Shown here: in pieces, positions 52,116-59,952 of the stretch
Position numbering within the stretch: the stretch's first letter is position 1
How the letters are laid out: every line of letters begins with the position of its first letter
From: a virus
Lineage: Duplodnaviria > Caudoviricetes
Strand: one strand, 5' to 3'
IMG/VR virus record: IMGVR_UViG_3300035182_002389
Coordinates: 138,519-202,518 of that record
Length of the DNA stretch: 64,000 nucleotides
Position numbers and translations under genes: made by a program
The notes under the pieces: model-generated
Database searches by the model: none
Told to the model about the DNA's origin: nothing
Seen by the model: the letters and a program-made list of their open reading frames with translations, nothing else

Positions 52116-52727
52116 ATGGCCGACAGCTTCGAGTCCATCCCAGCATCCGCCCGCAAGGAAGCGTCGAACACGCTGCTCTACGTTTTGCTCGGCGGCGCCG
52201 CTCTTGCCGGCGTCGCTTGGTTTCTCACGAAGAAAGAACCGCCGCTCGTTGCTGGGCCGGACAACCAAACCAGACCGCTGCCGCCGCCTTCCGTGCCAGC
52301 GCCGCCAAGCGTTCCCGAGATGACCAACGCCGAGAAGGTGTTGCTCTGGCGGCAGCTCGCCTCTGCGCAGCTCGAAAACGGATCTGCTCCGAACACGACC
52401 AACATCATCGGGCGAACGCCCGCGTCCAACGAAGCGACCACCTCCGCGCTTCGCGACATCGTCTACCGAAATCGATCCGTCGCCGAAACTACGGCGGATG
52501 CGCAAACCGTCACGATGTCGGCGCCGAACCTTGCGCCTGCTGCGGCCCAGCCTGGCAAATACGTTCTTGTCTCCTTGAACGGACTCGTCTTGTGGTTCGC
52601 CACCCTCGACGAAATCAAGAACGAAGTGCTCACGGCATCGAAGAACTACCGGATCTTTCTCAAGCCTGACGAATGGAGCACTGTTCAGGCTCTCGCTGGC
52701 GCCCCGTACGCGGCGGTCCTCCCATGA
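52116..52727 (+). CDS. N-anchored membrane protein, paralog of 50970 globular domain
   Basis: LLYVLLGGAALAGVAWFLTKK; KYVLVS; YRIFLKPDEWSTV. Confidence 0.75.
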   Translation: MADSFESIPASARKEASNTLLYVLLGGAALAGVAWFLTKKEPPLVAGPDNQTRPLPPPSVPAPPSVPEMTNAEKVLLWRQLASAQLENGSAPNTTNIIGRTPASNEATTSALRDIVYRNRSVAETTADAQTVTMSAPNLAPAAAQPGKYVLVSLNGLVLWFATLDEIKNEVLTASKNYRIFLKPDEWSTVQALAGAPYAAVLP

Positions 52728-52903
52728 AAGCCCCCTCGCTCACTCGCCGAGTCGGAACCGAAAGCACGGCCCACACGGGCGCGTGGACCATGGGCTGCGA
52801 AGAAACCGTCTCCACGCCAGTCATGCTCATTCACGTGGGCGCAGCTCTCGTTCTTTACGCAATCGCCTATGAGCGCGGCGCGGCTTCTGAGAAAAAGACC
52901 TGA
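52724..52903 (+). CDS. Small membrane protein
   Basis: ATGA overlap; RRVGT..HTGA; TM VMLIHVGAALVLYAIAY. Confidence 0.6.
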   Translation: MKAPSLTRRVGTESTAHTGAWTMGCEETVSTPVMLIHVGAALVLYAIAYERGAASEKKT

Positions 52904-52950
52904 CCAAACTTCGGCGCACTTCCAACGCCCACGACTGACGGAGTTTTACG

Positions 52951-53376
52951 ATGCCCTGCCCCAACCCGAGCTGCCCGTACGCAAACGACCCAAGCCACTT
53001 CTGCCCATGCTCCTCGGCTGCTGTCGGTAGGGGCGGCGGGGGAGGGGGCGGAGGACATGGAGGCGGCGGAGGAGGCCATGGAGGCGGCGGAGGCGGCGGA
53101 GGCCACGGCGGCGGAGGGCATGGCGGAGGTGGAGGCCGCGGGTGGGGCGGCGGAGGGTGGGGAAACTACGGGCTGAGGCCCAGGCCGCACGGGTACTACG
53201 GCTGGTACGCAAACGGATACTGGTGGCCGGGCTGGTGGGACTACCCGAACGAGCTGAACGATACGAGCAGCCTCCTCGCACTCGCCAGAGCCTTGCAGAA
53301 CGGCGCCATCACAGGCGCGCAGGTGCGAGCCATGGGGATCAGCCCCAACGCCCTCATCGCCATCCTCAGCCCGTAG
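52951..53376 (+). CDS. Cys-rich leader, Gly/His-rich and Trp/Tyr-rich protein
   Basis: MPCPNPSC..AAVG, GHGGGGG repeats, YYGWYANGYWWPGWW, C-terminal ALQNGAITGAQVRAMGISP. Confidence 0.7.
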   Translation: MPCPNPSCPYANDPSHFCPCSSAAVGRGGGGGGGGHGGGGGGHGGGGGGGGHGGGGHGGGGGRGWGGGGWGNYGLRPRPHGYYGWYANGYWWPGWWDYPNELNDTSSLLALARALQNGAITGAQVRAMGISPNALIAILSP

Positions 53377-53385
53377 CGGCTCGCC

Positions 53386-53400
53386 GACTTACCGCAAGCC
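53386..53400. promoter_or_regulatory. Palindromic operator GACTT-ACCGC-AAGCC
   Basis: Intergenic, 18 nt before ATG 53419; same spacer as copy at 1446. Confidence 0.75.
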
Positions 53401-53418
53401 CGCCAGAGTCCAAAGAGC

Positions 53419-53868
53419 ATGATCCTCTTCTCATACGGCTCCAATCACCCGGCCCAGCTCGCTGAAAGGCTTGGCCGCGCCATCAAGAGGACATGGCCGG
53501 CATTTTTGCCGGGACACGAACGAGTGTTTCGAGGGCGGTCCGTGCGGTGGAACGGAGGCGTCGCGAGCCTCAAAGCACATCCGAAGGCCACGACCTACGG
53601 GTACGCCGCCGAAGTCAACCGCGCAGACATCGAAAAGCTCGACGTTTACGAAGGGATTGCCCAAGGCAAGTACAAGCGCGTCGAACTGCCCATCGTCATC
53701 GAGGTGCACGGCGCTCACAAGGAGACGCTCGCATCGCTCTACGTCAGCACCAGCGAAGAGTTCAACGCGCCGAGCAGGGAATACCTCGACGCCGTGGCGA
53801 AGACCATCGCGTCTTTCTGGGTCGGATCTAAGGGTACGATCACGCGCAAAGACATCCCCATCCGCTGA
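53419..53868 (+). CDS. Gamma-glutamylcyclotransferase (GGCT/AIG2-like) family protein
   Basis: LFSYGSN, GVASL, KLDVYEG, YKRV, PSREYL. Confidence 0.85.
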   Translation: MILFSYGSNHPAQLAERLGRAIKRTWPAFLPGHERVFRGRSVRWNGGVASLKAHPKATTYGYAAEVNRADIEKLDVYEGIAQGKYKRVELPIVIEVHGAHKETLASLYVSTSEEFNAPSREYLDAVAKTIASFWVGSKGTITRKDIPIR

Positions 53869-53876
53869 GGAGTCCG

Positions 53877-54188
53877 ATGGCCGCCAAAAAAGCGAAGAAG
53901 TGGTCGAAAAAGATCAAGACGTCCTGGGAACCGCCGGAGGGTCTTTTCAAGCAAGACCCGAAGACGATCGCGTACGCGGTCGCGTCCGATTCCAAGGACT
54001 TGCGGCAAGCCGTCCAGAGGATCCAGTTCTACGTGAACCGCGCCGGATCGAATCTGTCCACCGAGCGCAAGCGTACAATGGACAGGGCCAAGGACTACGT
54101 TCGGTTCCTCTTCGACAACCCGTCCTCGCTCGCGCAAGTGCGACGTTCGTCGATCGCCCCATCCTCCACCTTCCTGTCCCTCGCTTGA
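53877..54188 (+). CDS. DUF3175-like protein
   Basis: KKWS..EGLFKQDPKTIA..QFYVNRAGSNL..RAKD pattern (from memory). Confidence 0.65.
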   Translation: MAAKKAKKWSKKIKTSWEPPEGLFKQDPKTIAYAVASDSKDLRQAVQRIQFYVNRAGSNLSTERKRTMDRAKDYVRFLFDNPSSLAQVRRSSIAPSSTFLSLA

Positions 54189-54198
54189 CGAGAACCCC

Positions 54199-54396
54199 AT
54201 GAAGGCTACGAGCTGGTTCTTTCTTGGTGGCGGAGCCCTCGCCGTCACCTACCTCGTCCTCCGATCTCGGGAAGAGGCCGCCAAGAGCCAAATCGCGAAC
54301 ATTCAGGCGCCGATTCAGACCGTAGAGCCGAAGACGTCTTCCGACGTTCTCAACCAAGGCCCGCCGCCAAGCGATGTTCGGCGAACCTCTACCTAG
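54199..54396 (+). CDS. Small N-anchored membrane protein
   Basis: WFFLGGGALAVTYLVLRSR. Confidence 0.7.
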   Translation: MKATSWFFLGGGALAVTYLVLRSREEAAKSQIANIQAPIQTVEPKTSSDVLNQGPPPSDVRRTST

Positions 54397-54435
54397 CCAG
54401 ACGGCACGATCTTCATCTAACCTTCGACGAGGACC

Positions 54436-55119
54436 ATGAACAACACGTCGCGCGAGTGGGTCATCACCTTCCAAAAAGGAGCCAAGAGCGAGCCGGTCCA
54501 GCTCGTTCGATTGTCTGCCACGAGCGCCGACATCGCGAAGAAGACGTTCCTGTCGCTCGTCCCTCATGCGAAGGTCTACAACGTAGGTCTCGGCATCGGC
54601 GACGAGAGGATTCCACGCATCGACCAGATCCTCGACGCTTCGGAGCTTTCCTCCGCGGCGAAGAAGAACACGCCCCGGAGAAGCACCATGCCCAAGGCAA
54701 AGAAGGCCGCGAAGAAGAGCACGAAGAAGGCCGCGAAGAAGAGCGCGAAGAAGCGCCCGGCCAAGAAGCACGTGGCCAAGAAGGTCGCCAAGAAGCACAC
54801 GGCGAAGAAGCACACGGCGAAGAAGACCGCCAAGAAGCGTGCACCGAAGAAGGCTGCCAAGAAGCGTGCGCCGAAGAAGGCCGCCAAGAAGCACGCGCCG
54901 AAGAAGGCCGCCAAGAAGCACGCGCCGAAGAAGGCCGCCAAGAAGCACGCGCCGAAGAAGGCCGCCAAGAAGACCGCCAAGAAGTCGGCGAAGAAGTCGC
55001 CGGCCGATCGCGTCGCACGCCGCAAAAAGTGGAACGCGTTCCAGAAGTCGCACGCGGGCAAGGGCCTCACCAAGAAGCAGCTCGGCGAGAAGTTCAAGAA
55101 GGCCCACCCGGAGAAGTGA
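54436..55119 (+). CDS. Histone H1-like protein 4 with N-terminal globular domain; second in-frame start at 54688
   Basis: GAGGA RBS; KKAAKK repeats; GGAG 7 nt before internal ATG (MPKAKKAAKK). Confidence 0.8.
   Translation: MNNTSREWVITFQKGAKSEPVQLVRLSATSADIAKKTFLSLVPHAKVYNVGLGIGDERIPRIDQILDASELSSAAKKNTPRRSTMPKAKKAAKKSTKKAAKKSAKKRPAKKHVAKKVAKKHTAKKHTAKKTAKKRAPKKAAKKRAPKKAAKKHAPKKAAKKHAPKKAAKKHAPKKAAKKTAKKSAKKSPADRVARRKKWNAFQKSHAGKGLTKKQLGEKFKKAHPEK
54844..54972 (+). repeat. Five 27-bp units encoding PKKAAKK(R/H)A
   Basis: Units start 54844, 54871, 54898, 54925, 54952. Confidence 0.9.
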
Positions 55120-55140
55120 TCTCCGAGGTCGGCATCGACC

Positions 55141-55173
55141 GGGAGCGCGGAGACGTCGTCTCCGCGCACTCCC
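55141..55173 (+). terminator. Strong hairpin after H1-like gene 4
   Basis: GGGAG-CGCGGAGAC-GTC-GTCTCCGCG-CA-CTCCC; weak U tail. Confidence 0.5.
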
Positions 55174-55202
55174 GCCTTCAACATTTACGCTAGGAGGCGG
55201 AC

Positions 55203-55592
55203 ATGAACACCGTCGAGCATCTTCACCTGCTCATCTCCAACGACGCGGTCCTGTACCGCAGCCGCGTTCTTCCCATTCAAAAGAACCTTGCGAACCGTAT
55301 GGCGAAGGGCGAGTACGACCCCGCCAAGGCCGCGATTCTCTTCCGCTACCTCGTCGACGAAGCTGCGAAGAAATACCAGTCCATCGTCGGCCGTCTGAGT
55401 GGACGCGAGCGCAACCAAGTCGCCGAAATGTTCGAGAGAAGCTTCCGCGCTGAATGGTCGCTCGGCAACCACCGCGAAAGCCTCAGCAAAATGGCCGCGA
55501 CCTCGCTCGGAAACCAAGAGACGTCGCTGCCCACGACCTCCCTCGACGACACGTCCATCTCGATTCGACCACGACGGTCAAGTCTCCGCTAA
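55203..55592 (+). CDS. Phage-type hypothetical protein
   Basis: AGGAGG RBS; LISND..LY..PIQKNL..KGEYDPAKA..Y..DEAAKKY pattern seen in phage proteins (from memory). Confidence 0.7.
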   Translation: MNTVEHLHLLISNDAVLYRSRVLPIQKNLANRMAKGEYDPAKAAILFRYLVDEAAKKYQSIVGRLSGRERNQVAEMFERSFRAEWSLGNHRESLSKMAATSLGNQETSLPTTSLDDTSISIRPRRSSLR

Positions 55593-55611
55593 CACAAACT
55601 CAACGTGCCAA

Positions 55612-55626
55612 GGCTTACGGTAAGCC
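55612..55626. promoter_or_regulatory. Palindromic operator GGCTT-ACGGT-AAGCC followed by TG-A-TAGGAT (55640-55645)
   Basis: -10 lies 9 nt before ATG 55655. Confidence 0.78.
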
Positions 55627-55654
55627 CCGACGCCCGTGATAGGATCAAGACACC

Positions 55655-55930
55655 ATGTTCGACTACAACCCGCACGTCTTCACCGGAGCCGAAACGACCG
55701 CCACGGGCCCGACGCAGCCCGGTCTCACCACGCCTCCGGGCACGCCCCCGTCGACGTTCTTCAGCGACAACAAATACTACATCATCGGCGGCGTGGCCGT
55801 CGTCGGCGTGGCCGCGTACATGCTGATGGCCAAGAAGGGCGACAAATCCATCTCGGGCTCCGACTCCAGCGTCGGCGGCTACCATCGCGACAGCTACGCC
55901 GGCATCCAGCACGCCGCCCGTCGACGCTAG
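55655..55930 (+). CDS. Small membrane protein
   Basis: YYIIGGVAVVGVAAYMLMAKK. Confidence 0.75.
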   Translation: MFDYNPHVFTGAETTATGPTQPGLTTPPGTPPSTFFSDNKYYIIGGVAVVGVAAYMLMAKKGDKSISGSDSSVGGYHRDSYAGIQHAARRR

Positions 55931-55939
55931 AAGGCCTCG

Positions 55940-56293
55940 ATGAGCGCATGCACGCACAGTCTCCGGGTTCGTAAGAACCGATTCGGACGCGGCATCTACG
56001 CGAAGCGCGACTACGCGCGGGGAGAGACCATCGAGGTCTCCCCCGCGGTCATCGTCAAGAAACGCGACATTCGCGACGACGATCGCCTCGCCGACTACGC
56101 GTTCGAGTGGGCGCGCGGAAAGTACGCCATCGCGCTCGGCTACGGATCGCTCTTCAACCACTCCGAAGAACACCAGAACGCCACGTGGCGCAATGATCTC
56201 GCCCACAACCGCCTCGTCTTCTACGCCATCCGGCCGATCAAGAGAGGGCAGGAAATCTTCACGAACTACGGGTACGACCCGGCGAGACGCTGA
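55940..56293 (+). CDS. Minimal SET-domain lysine methyltransferase
   Basis: GRGIYAKRD..GETIE; GYGSLFNHS; AIRPIKRGQEIFTNYG. Confidence 0.9.
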   Translation: MSACTHSLRVRKNRFGRGIYAKRDYARGETIEVSPAVIVKKRDIRDDDRLADYAFEWARGKYAIALGYGSLFNHSEEHQNATWRNDLAHNRLVFYAIRPIKRGQEIFTNYGYDPARR

Positions 56294-56301
56294 GGAGACC
56301 G

Positions 56302-56526
56302 ATGACGCGTAAGCATGCCATGAAACACAGCGCGGCCAGCATCGCGACGAGCGCCGATCTCGACCCCGATGATCGTCTCGGCATCGAGCTGAGCCACGCC
56401 ATCATGCGCGTCCTCTCTCAACACTCACGCGTCGGGCAAGCTCACGCCGATCGCGTCTCGCGAGCCGCCTCTCGATACGTCCTCAAATCGCTCAAAGAAG
56501 CGGGCAAGTCCTCCGTCCCGTTCTGA
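56302..56526 (+). CDS. Hypothetical protein (74 aa)
   Basis: GAGGAG RBS. Confidence 0.65.
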   Translation: MTRKHAMKHSAASIATSADLDPDDRLGIELSHAIMRVLSQHSRVGQAHADRVSRAASRYVLKSLKEAGKSSVPF

Positions 56527-56533
56527 GGTCAGC

Positions 56534-57136
56534 ATGGCGTCCAGGAAGTTCAACGCGAAAGAAGCCAGGAGCATCGGAACGTCGATCGGCGTCGACTTCC
56601 AGAAGTTCAGCCTCGACGAGTTCCGAAAGGGTCTCAGCGCGGAGCTGGAACACAAGGACGTCACCAAGGGCAATCTCTCCATCACCGGCAAGATCGCGAT
56701 GGCCCACCTACGCGAAATGCCGGACTACTACACGAAGCTCGATCTCATGGAACGAGGGGCGTGCTGCCCTTGCTCGCCGCTCCACAAAAAGCTCCAGCGC
56801 ATCGAAAAGAAAACCGGCTCCGCGCCGAAGACAAGCTCAAAAAAGCATGTCGCACCAGCAGCCGTCGCACGCGTTGCTCGACGCGCTCTCGAATGGCGGC
56901 GTGAGTTCAAGCGCGGAGGAACCGCCATCGGCGTGCGTCGAGCTGTGCAGCTTGCGGACCGACAAAACTTGTCGGACGACACCGTTCGGCGCATGAAGGC
57001 GTACTTCGCCAGACATGCCGTAGACAAGAAGGCCAAAGGGTTTCGGGAAGGCGAACAAGGATTCCCTTCCGCCGGCCGCGTTGCGTGGGACCTGTGGGGA
57101 GGCGATCTCGGGCGTACGTGGGTACGGGGGCTTTGA
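56534..57136 (+). CDS. DUF5661-like domain fused to a phage-associated RGGT..YFARH..AWDLWGGD domain
   Basis: EFRKGLSAELEH..GKIAMAHLREMPDYYTKL; LSDDTVRRMKAYFARH..PSAGRVAWDLWGGD. Confidence 0.7.
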   Translation: MASRKFNAKEARSIGTSIGVDFQKFSLDEFRKGLSAELEHKDVTKGNLSITGKIAMAHLREMPDYYTKLDLMERGACCPCSPLHKKLQRIEKKTGSAPKTSSKKHVAPAAVARVARRALEWRREFKRGGTAIGVRRAVQLADRQNLSDDTVRRMKAYFARHAVDKKAKGFREGEQGFPSAGRVAWDLWGGDLGRTWVRGL

Positions 57137-57153
57137 GGCCGGCCCAGGACCCC

Positions 57154-58281
57154 TCAACGAATCGACGACGAAGGACGTGAAAGGAAATACGCCACGGCCG
57201 CACCGGCGAGCATTGCTCCGCCGGCCATGAGGACCTTCGTCGACGTCGATGTCGAGGCTCCACCGCCGGCATCCATGACGAAAGGTTCGGGGTCAGGGCC
57301 CTGCACGTAGTCTGTGCGACCTTCGACGCCCGGCGGGTTTGACGCCGGATCGGGGATCGCCACGCCGTCGGAACCCGTCACGTAGCTCACTCTCTTCGCT
57401 CCGCTCGTCCCCGACATGGGAGGGGGCATCAGCGTCTTCTTCGACCCGTTGTTGAGCACCGGCAGAGCGTTCGTTCCCGCGTTGGGGAACCGAGGGTTGA
57501 ACGGCCCGTCGTCCGAAACGAGCACGTGCAGCTTCGGATGCAAGCACACCTCGTCGAACGAAAACGGAACGCCGTTGACCGACACCTGCCAATAGACGAG
57601 GTCGCAACCGTGCGAGTAGTCCTCGTAACCAGCTTCGTGAAATGACCAGTCCCACGGCTGGATCTGCGAGCCGTTCGGCCAAAACCAGCCACCGAACGCC
57701 ATGTTCTTGCCGTCCAGGTTCGGCCTCGTGATGTACGCCTTCTTCGTTCGCGTGAACGCGCTGTAGTTCGCGCCGAAGATGACGCCGGCCTTCGCGAGAG
57801 CTTCGTTGACCCGCTCGTTCTCTTTCGCAATGACCGACGTTGCGAGCCCAGGATGGCAAATGCCGAGAGGATTCTTCTCGGTCTTCTCACAGGGCCTGGA
57901 GAGGGCCTGCGGATCGATTTTGAACGACGTCGACTGCCACGTGTTCTTCACGATCTTCTTCGACGGAATGTAGAACTTCGAGGTTCGGTCCGTTGGATCT
58001 GAAGCGCTCACGAGCATTCGAGCGTCGCAAAACGATTGCAGACTTGGCTGTATGAGCGGCCATCGAACGAAGTCCTCGTTCGTGCCGATCGACAAGTAGT
58101 CGGGCGGCGTTAGGTACGTCAGCTCGTAGTCACCTCCGTCGATGACCGCAGACGTTCGGCACGTCTGAAGATGCTCCATGAACTCCGGCGTATTGCCGGC
58201 GAGCATCGTGGAGAGCGCAAGCGCATCGCGCTTCGGATCGCTCATGTCCCAGACAAGCTTCAGGAACTCGGAGCCCTTCAT
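57154..58281 (-). CDS. Membrane-anchored HxxxYxDYSHGC protein, paralog of 21859
   Basis: MLAGNTPE, YLSIGTNED, KKAYIT, HEAGYEDYSHGCD, VCLHPKLHVLVSD; TM LMAGGAMLAGAAVAYFLSR; TG-G-TAGGCT 7 nt upstream. Confidence 0.8.
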   Translation of the reverse strand: MKGSEFLKLVWDMSDPKRDALALSTMLAGNTPEFMEHLQTCRTSAVIDGGDYELTYLTPPDYLSIGTNEDFVRWPLIQPSLQSFCDARMLVSASDPTDRTSKFYIPSKKIVKNTWQSTSFKIDPQALSRPCEKTEKNPLGICHPGLATSVIAKENERVNEALAKAGVIFGANYSAFTRTKKAYITRPNLDGKNMAFGGWFWPNGSQIQPWDWSFHEAGYEDYSHGCDLVYWQVSVNGVPFSFDEVCLHPKLHVLVSDDGPFNPRFPNAGTNALPVLNNGSKKTLMPPPMSGTSGAKRVSYVTGSDGVAIPDPASNPPGVEGRTDYVQGPDPEPFVMDAGGGASTSTSTKVLMAGGAMLAGAAVAYFLSRPSSSIR

Positions 58282-58317
58282 GAAAGGGAGCCTACCACCG
58301 ACGCTGGATGTAGAAAA

Positions 58318-58539
58318 TCATGCGCGCAGACGCTGGATCGCTTTCACAACACCGACCACGATCATGTCCGCGTCATCCACAGAGAAAGACACAGAACCGA
58401 TTCTGGACCACTCCTCGGAGGACGCTGCACGACGCTCCTCTACGAGAACCACCTCACGACGGTCAGCGTCGACGACGACAGAAACGCGATCTTCAGCGCC
58501 CACCACCGTCGCCACCCTGCACGACGAGCGATCCGTCAT
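58318..58539 (-). CDS. Hypothetical protein (73 aa)
   Basis: AGGAGG RBS on - strand. Confidence 0.6.
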   Translation of the reverse strand: MTDRSSCRVATVVGAEDRVSVVVDADRREVVLVEERRAASSEEWSRIGSVSFSVDDADMIVVGVVKAIQRLRA

Positions 58540-58724
58540 CAGAACCTCCTACGAGTCAGGAACCTCGTACGTCCAGACGAGGGCGGCTTCCGACAAGTCG
58601 GGGGAGCAGTCGCGCTCCGCCGGGGCGTCAACAAGAGGATACCTCGCGCCAACGGATCGCGCCCTTCGATCCGAAGGCTCGTTCAAGCTCGAACGATCCG
58701 AGACGCATTCTCTTGCTTCGCACG

Positions 58725-58913
58725 TCATCGCTTCCCCGCAATCACGACAGCAGCAGCAAGTGCTTCCATCGCCTTCTGCACTCGAAGATGGGCTCTCTGG
58801 ACATCGCCAGCGTTCGGCGAGTCGCCGCGTTTCTCACGGTGATCGAAGGCCTCTCTCAGCTCTTCCACCACTTTATCAGAAATCAAATACCAGCTCGCCG
58901 TTGCTTCGTCCAT
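58725..58913 (-). CDS. Hypothetical protein (62 aa)
   Basis: Helical charged composition; weak support. Confidence 0.45.
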   Translation of the reverse strand: MDEATASWYLISDKVVEELREAFDHREKRGDSPNAGDVQRAHLRVQKAMEALAAAVVIAGKR

Positions 58914-59031
58914 CGCAACCTTCTACCAGAGTCGCGAACGAAGTATCTGCGATATGGTTCGCAAGTCGATCTGACGACCGTTGTTCGAGGCCGAGTTCCA
59001 TTCCATCAGACTTCATGGTAAATGGCGAACC

Positions 59032-59619
59032 ATGACGAAAGTAGCCCTACTGGCCCTCGTGCCCTACATCCTCGTTGCCGGCACCCCCGCGAAGACGACG
59101 ATGAAACTGCCCGAGGACAGCCCTACCATGCAGCGAGCCGGAACCCGCGCCGAGGAGACCATCTCCGTCGTCGAGGCCATGGTCGCGGACCCCGTCGAGC
59201 GCGACATCTGGGAGCGCTCTCTCTTCGGCTGGGAGTATTGGGAGGCGTCTTGGCAAACGTCCCCGAAGGGCTGGAACGACGCTGGCACGGCCTGCGGCGT
59301 TCTTCAGGTCCACGCCCCCGAAAAGATCATCCCGGGCACCACGTGCGAGATGATGCGCAAGGACTCGAAGCTCGCCATCCGCGTCGCATTGACCTTTCTC
59401 CTGGAACGAGAGAAGACCTGCGGAAGTAAAGCGGCGGCGTGGACCGCCTTTTCGTGGGACGGCGGTTGCCACGACTTCTCCCTCGACCTCGTGAAGTTTC
59501 GCTGCCGATCGGTCGGGCTCACCACCTCGTGCGAATCGAAGAAAGCCGCCCTGCCCGCATCGACATCCGCCGTACCGACCACCGTCAAACCGGCCCCGAC
59601 AGCGAGCGTCAAGCCGTAG
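59032..59619 (+). CDS. Secreted lysozyme-like / lytic-transglycosylase-like protein
   Basis: N-terminal signal VALLALVPYILVAG; WEAS..NDAGTACGVLQVH; several Cys. Confidence 0.55.
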   Translation: MTKVALLALVPYILVAGTPAKTTMKLPEDSPTMQRAGTRAEETISVVEAMVADPVERDIWERSLFGWEYWEASWQTSPKGWNDAGTACGVLQVHAPEKIIPGTTCEMMRKDSKLAIRVALTFLLEREKTCGSKAAAWTAFSWDGGCHDFSLDLVKFRCRSVGLTTSCESKKAALPASTSAVPTTVKPAPTASVKP

Positions 59620-59622
59620 ACG

Positions 59623-59952
59623 TCAACCGCACTTCAGAATGATGGGGGTCGCTCGCATGATACGCGCAGCGGCCTTCTTCATGTCTTCGCGCAGGAACGG
59701 AGGCCGCGTCGGCATCGAAACGCCCTTGGCTTCCGCTTCTTCTCGCCAGGTCTCACGCATCCGAATCGCCGCAAGATTCACCACGGTATCCGCAATCTCG
59801 TCGCGGATCTGATTGTGGGTCCAACCCTCGCGCTGGCCCTTCTTGATCAGCTCGATCGCTTCCGATGTGAGCGCCTTGCTCTTGAGGATGGCCCGAGCAA
59901 GGTATCGCCCCGGAGGGACCGTCGTTTTTCCTGTCTGGGGATCGCGCGGCAT
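59623..59952 (-). CDS. Hypothetical protein (109 aa), probably leaderless
   Basis: TATTCT 6 nt before ATG on - strand. Confidence 0.65.
   Translation of the reverse strand: MPRDPQTGKTTVPPGRYLARAILKSKALTSEAIELIKKGQREGWTHNQIRDEIADTVVNLAAIRMRETWREEAEAKGVSMPTRPPFLREDMKKAAARIMRATPIILKCG

Noticed and set aside
203-55930. Small membrane proteins as type IV pilins or inovirus coat proteins
   Set aside because: No G|F-x3-E prepilin motif, no Zot-like ATPase, and the element is far larger than an inovirus
58549-58728. 59-codon - strand ORF MTCEAREC...
   Set aside because: No RBS or motif support; cannot be distinguished from chance
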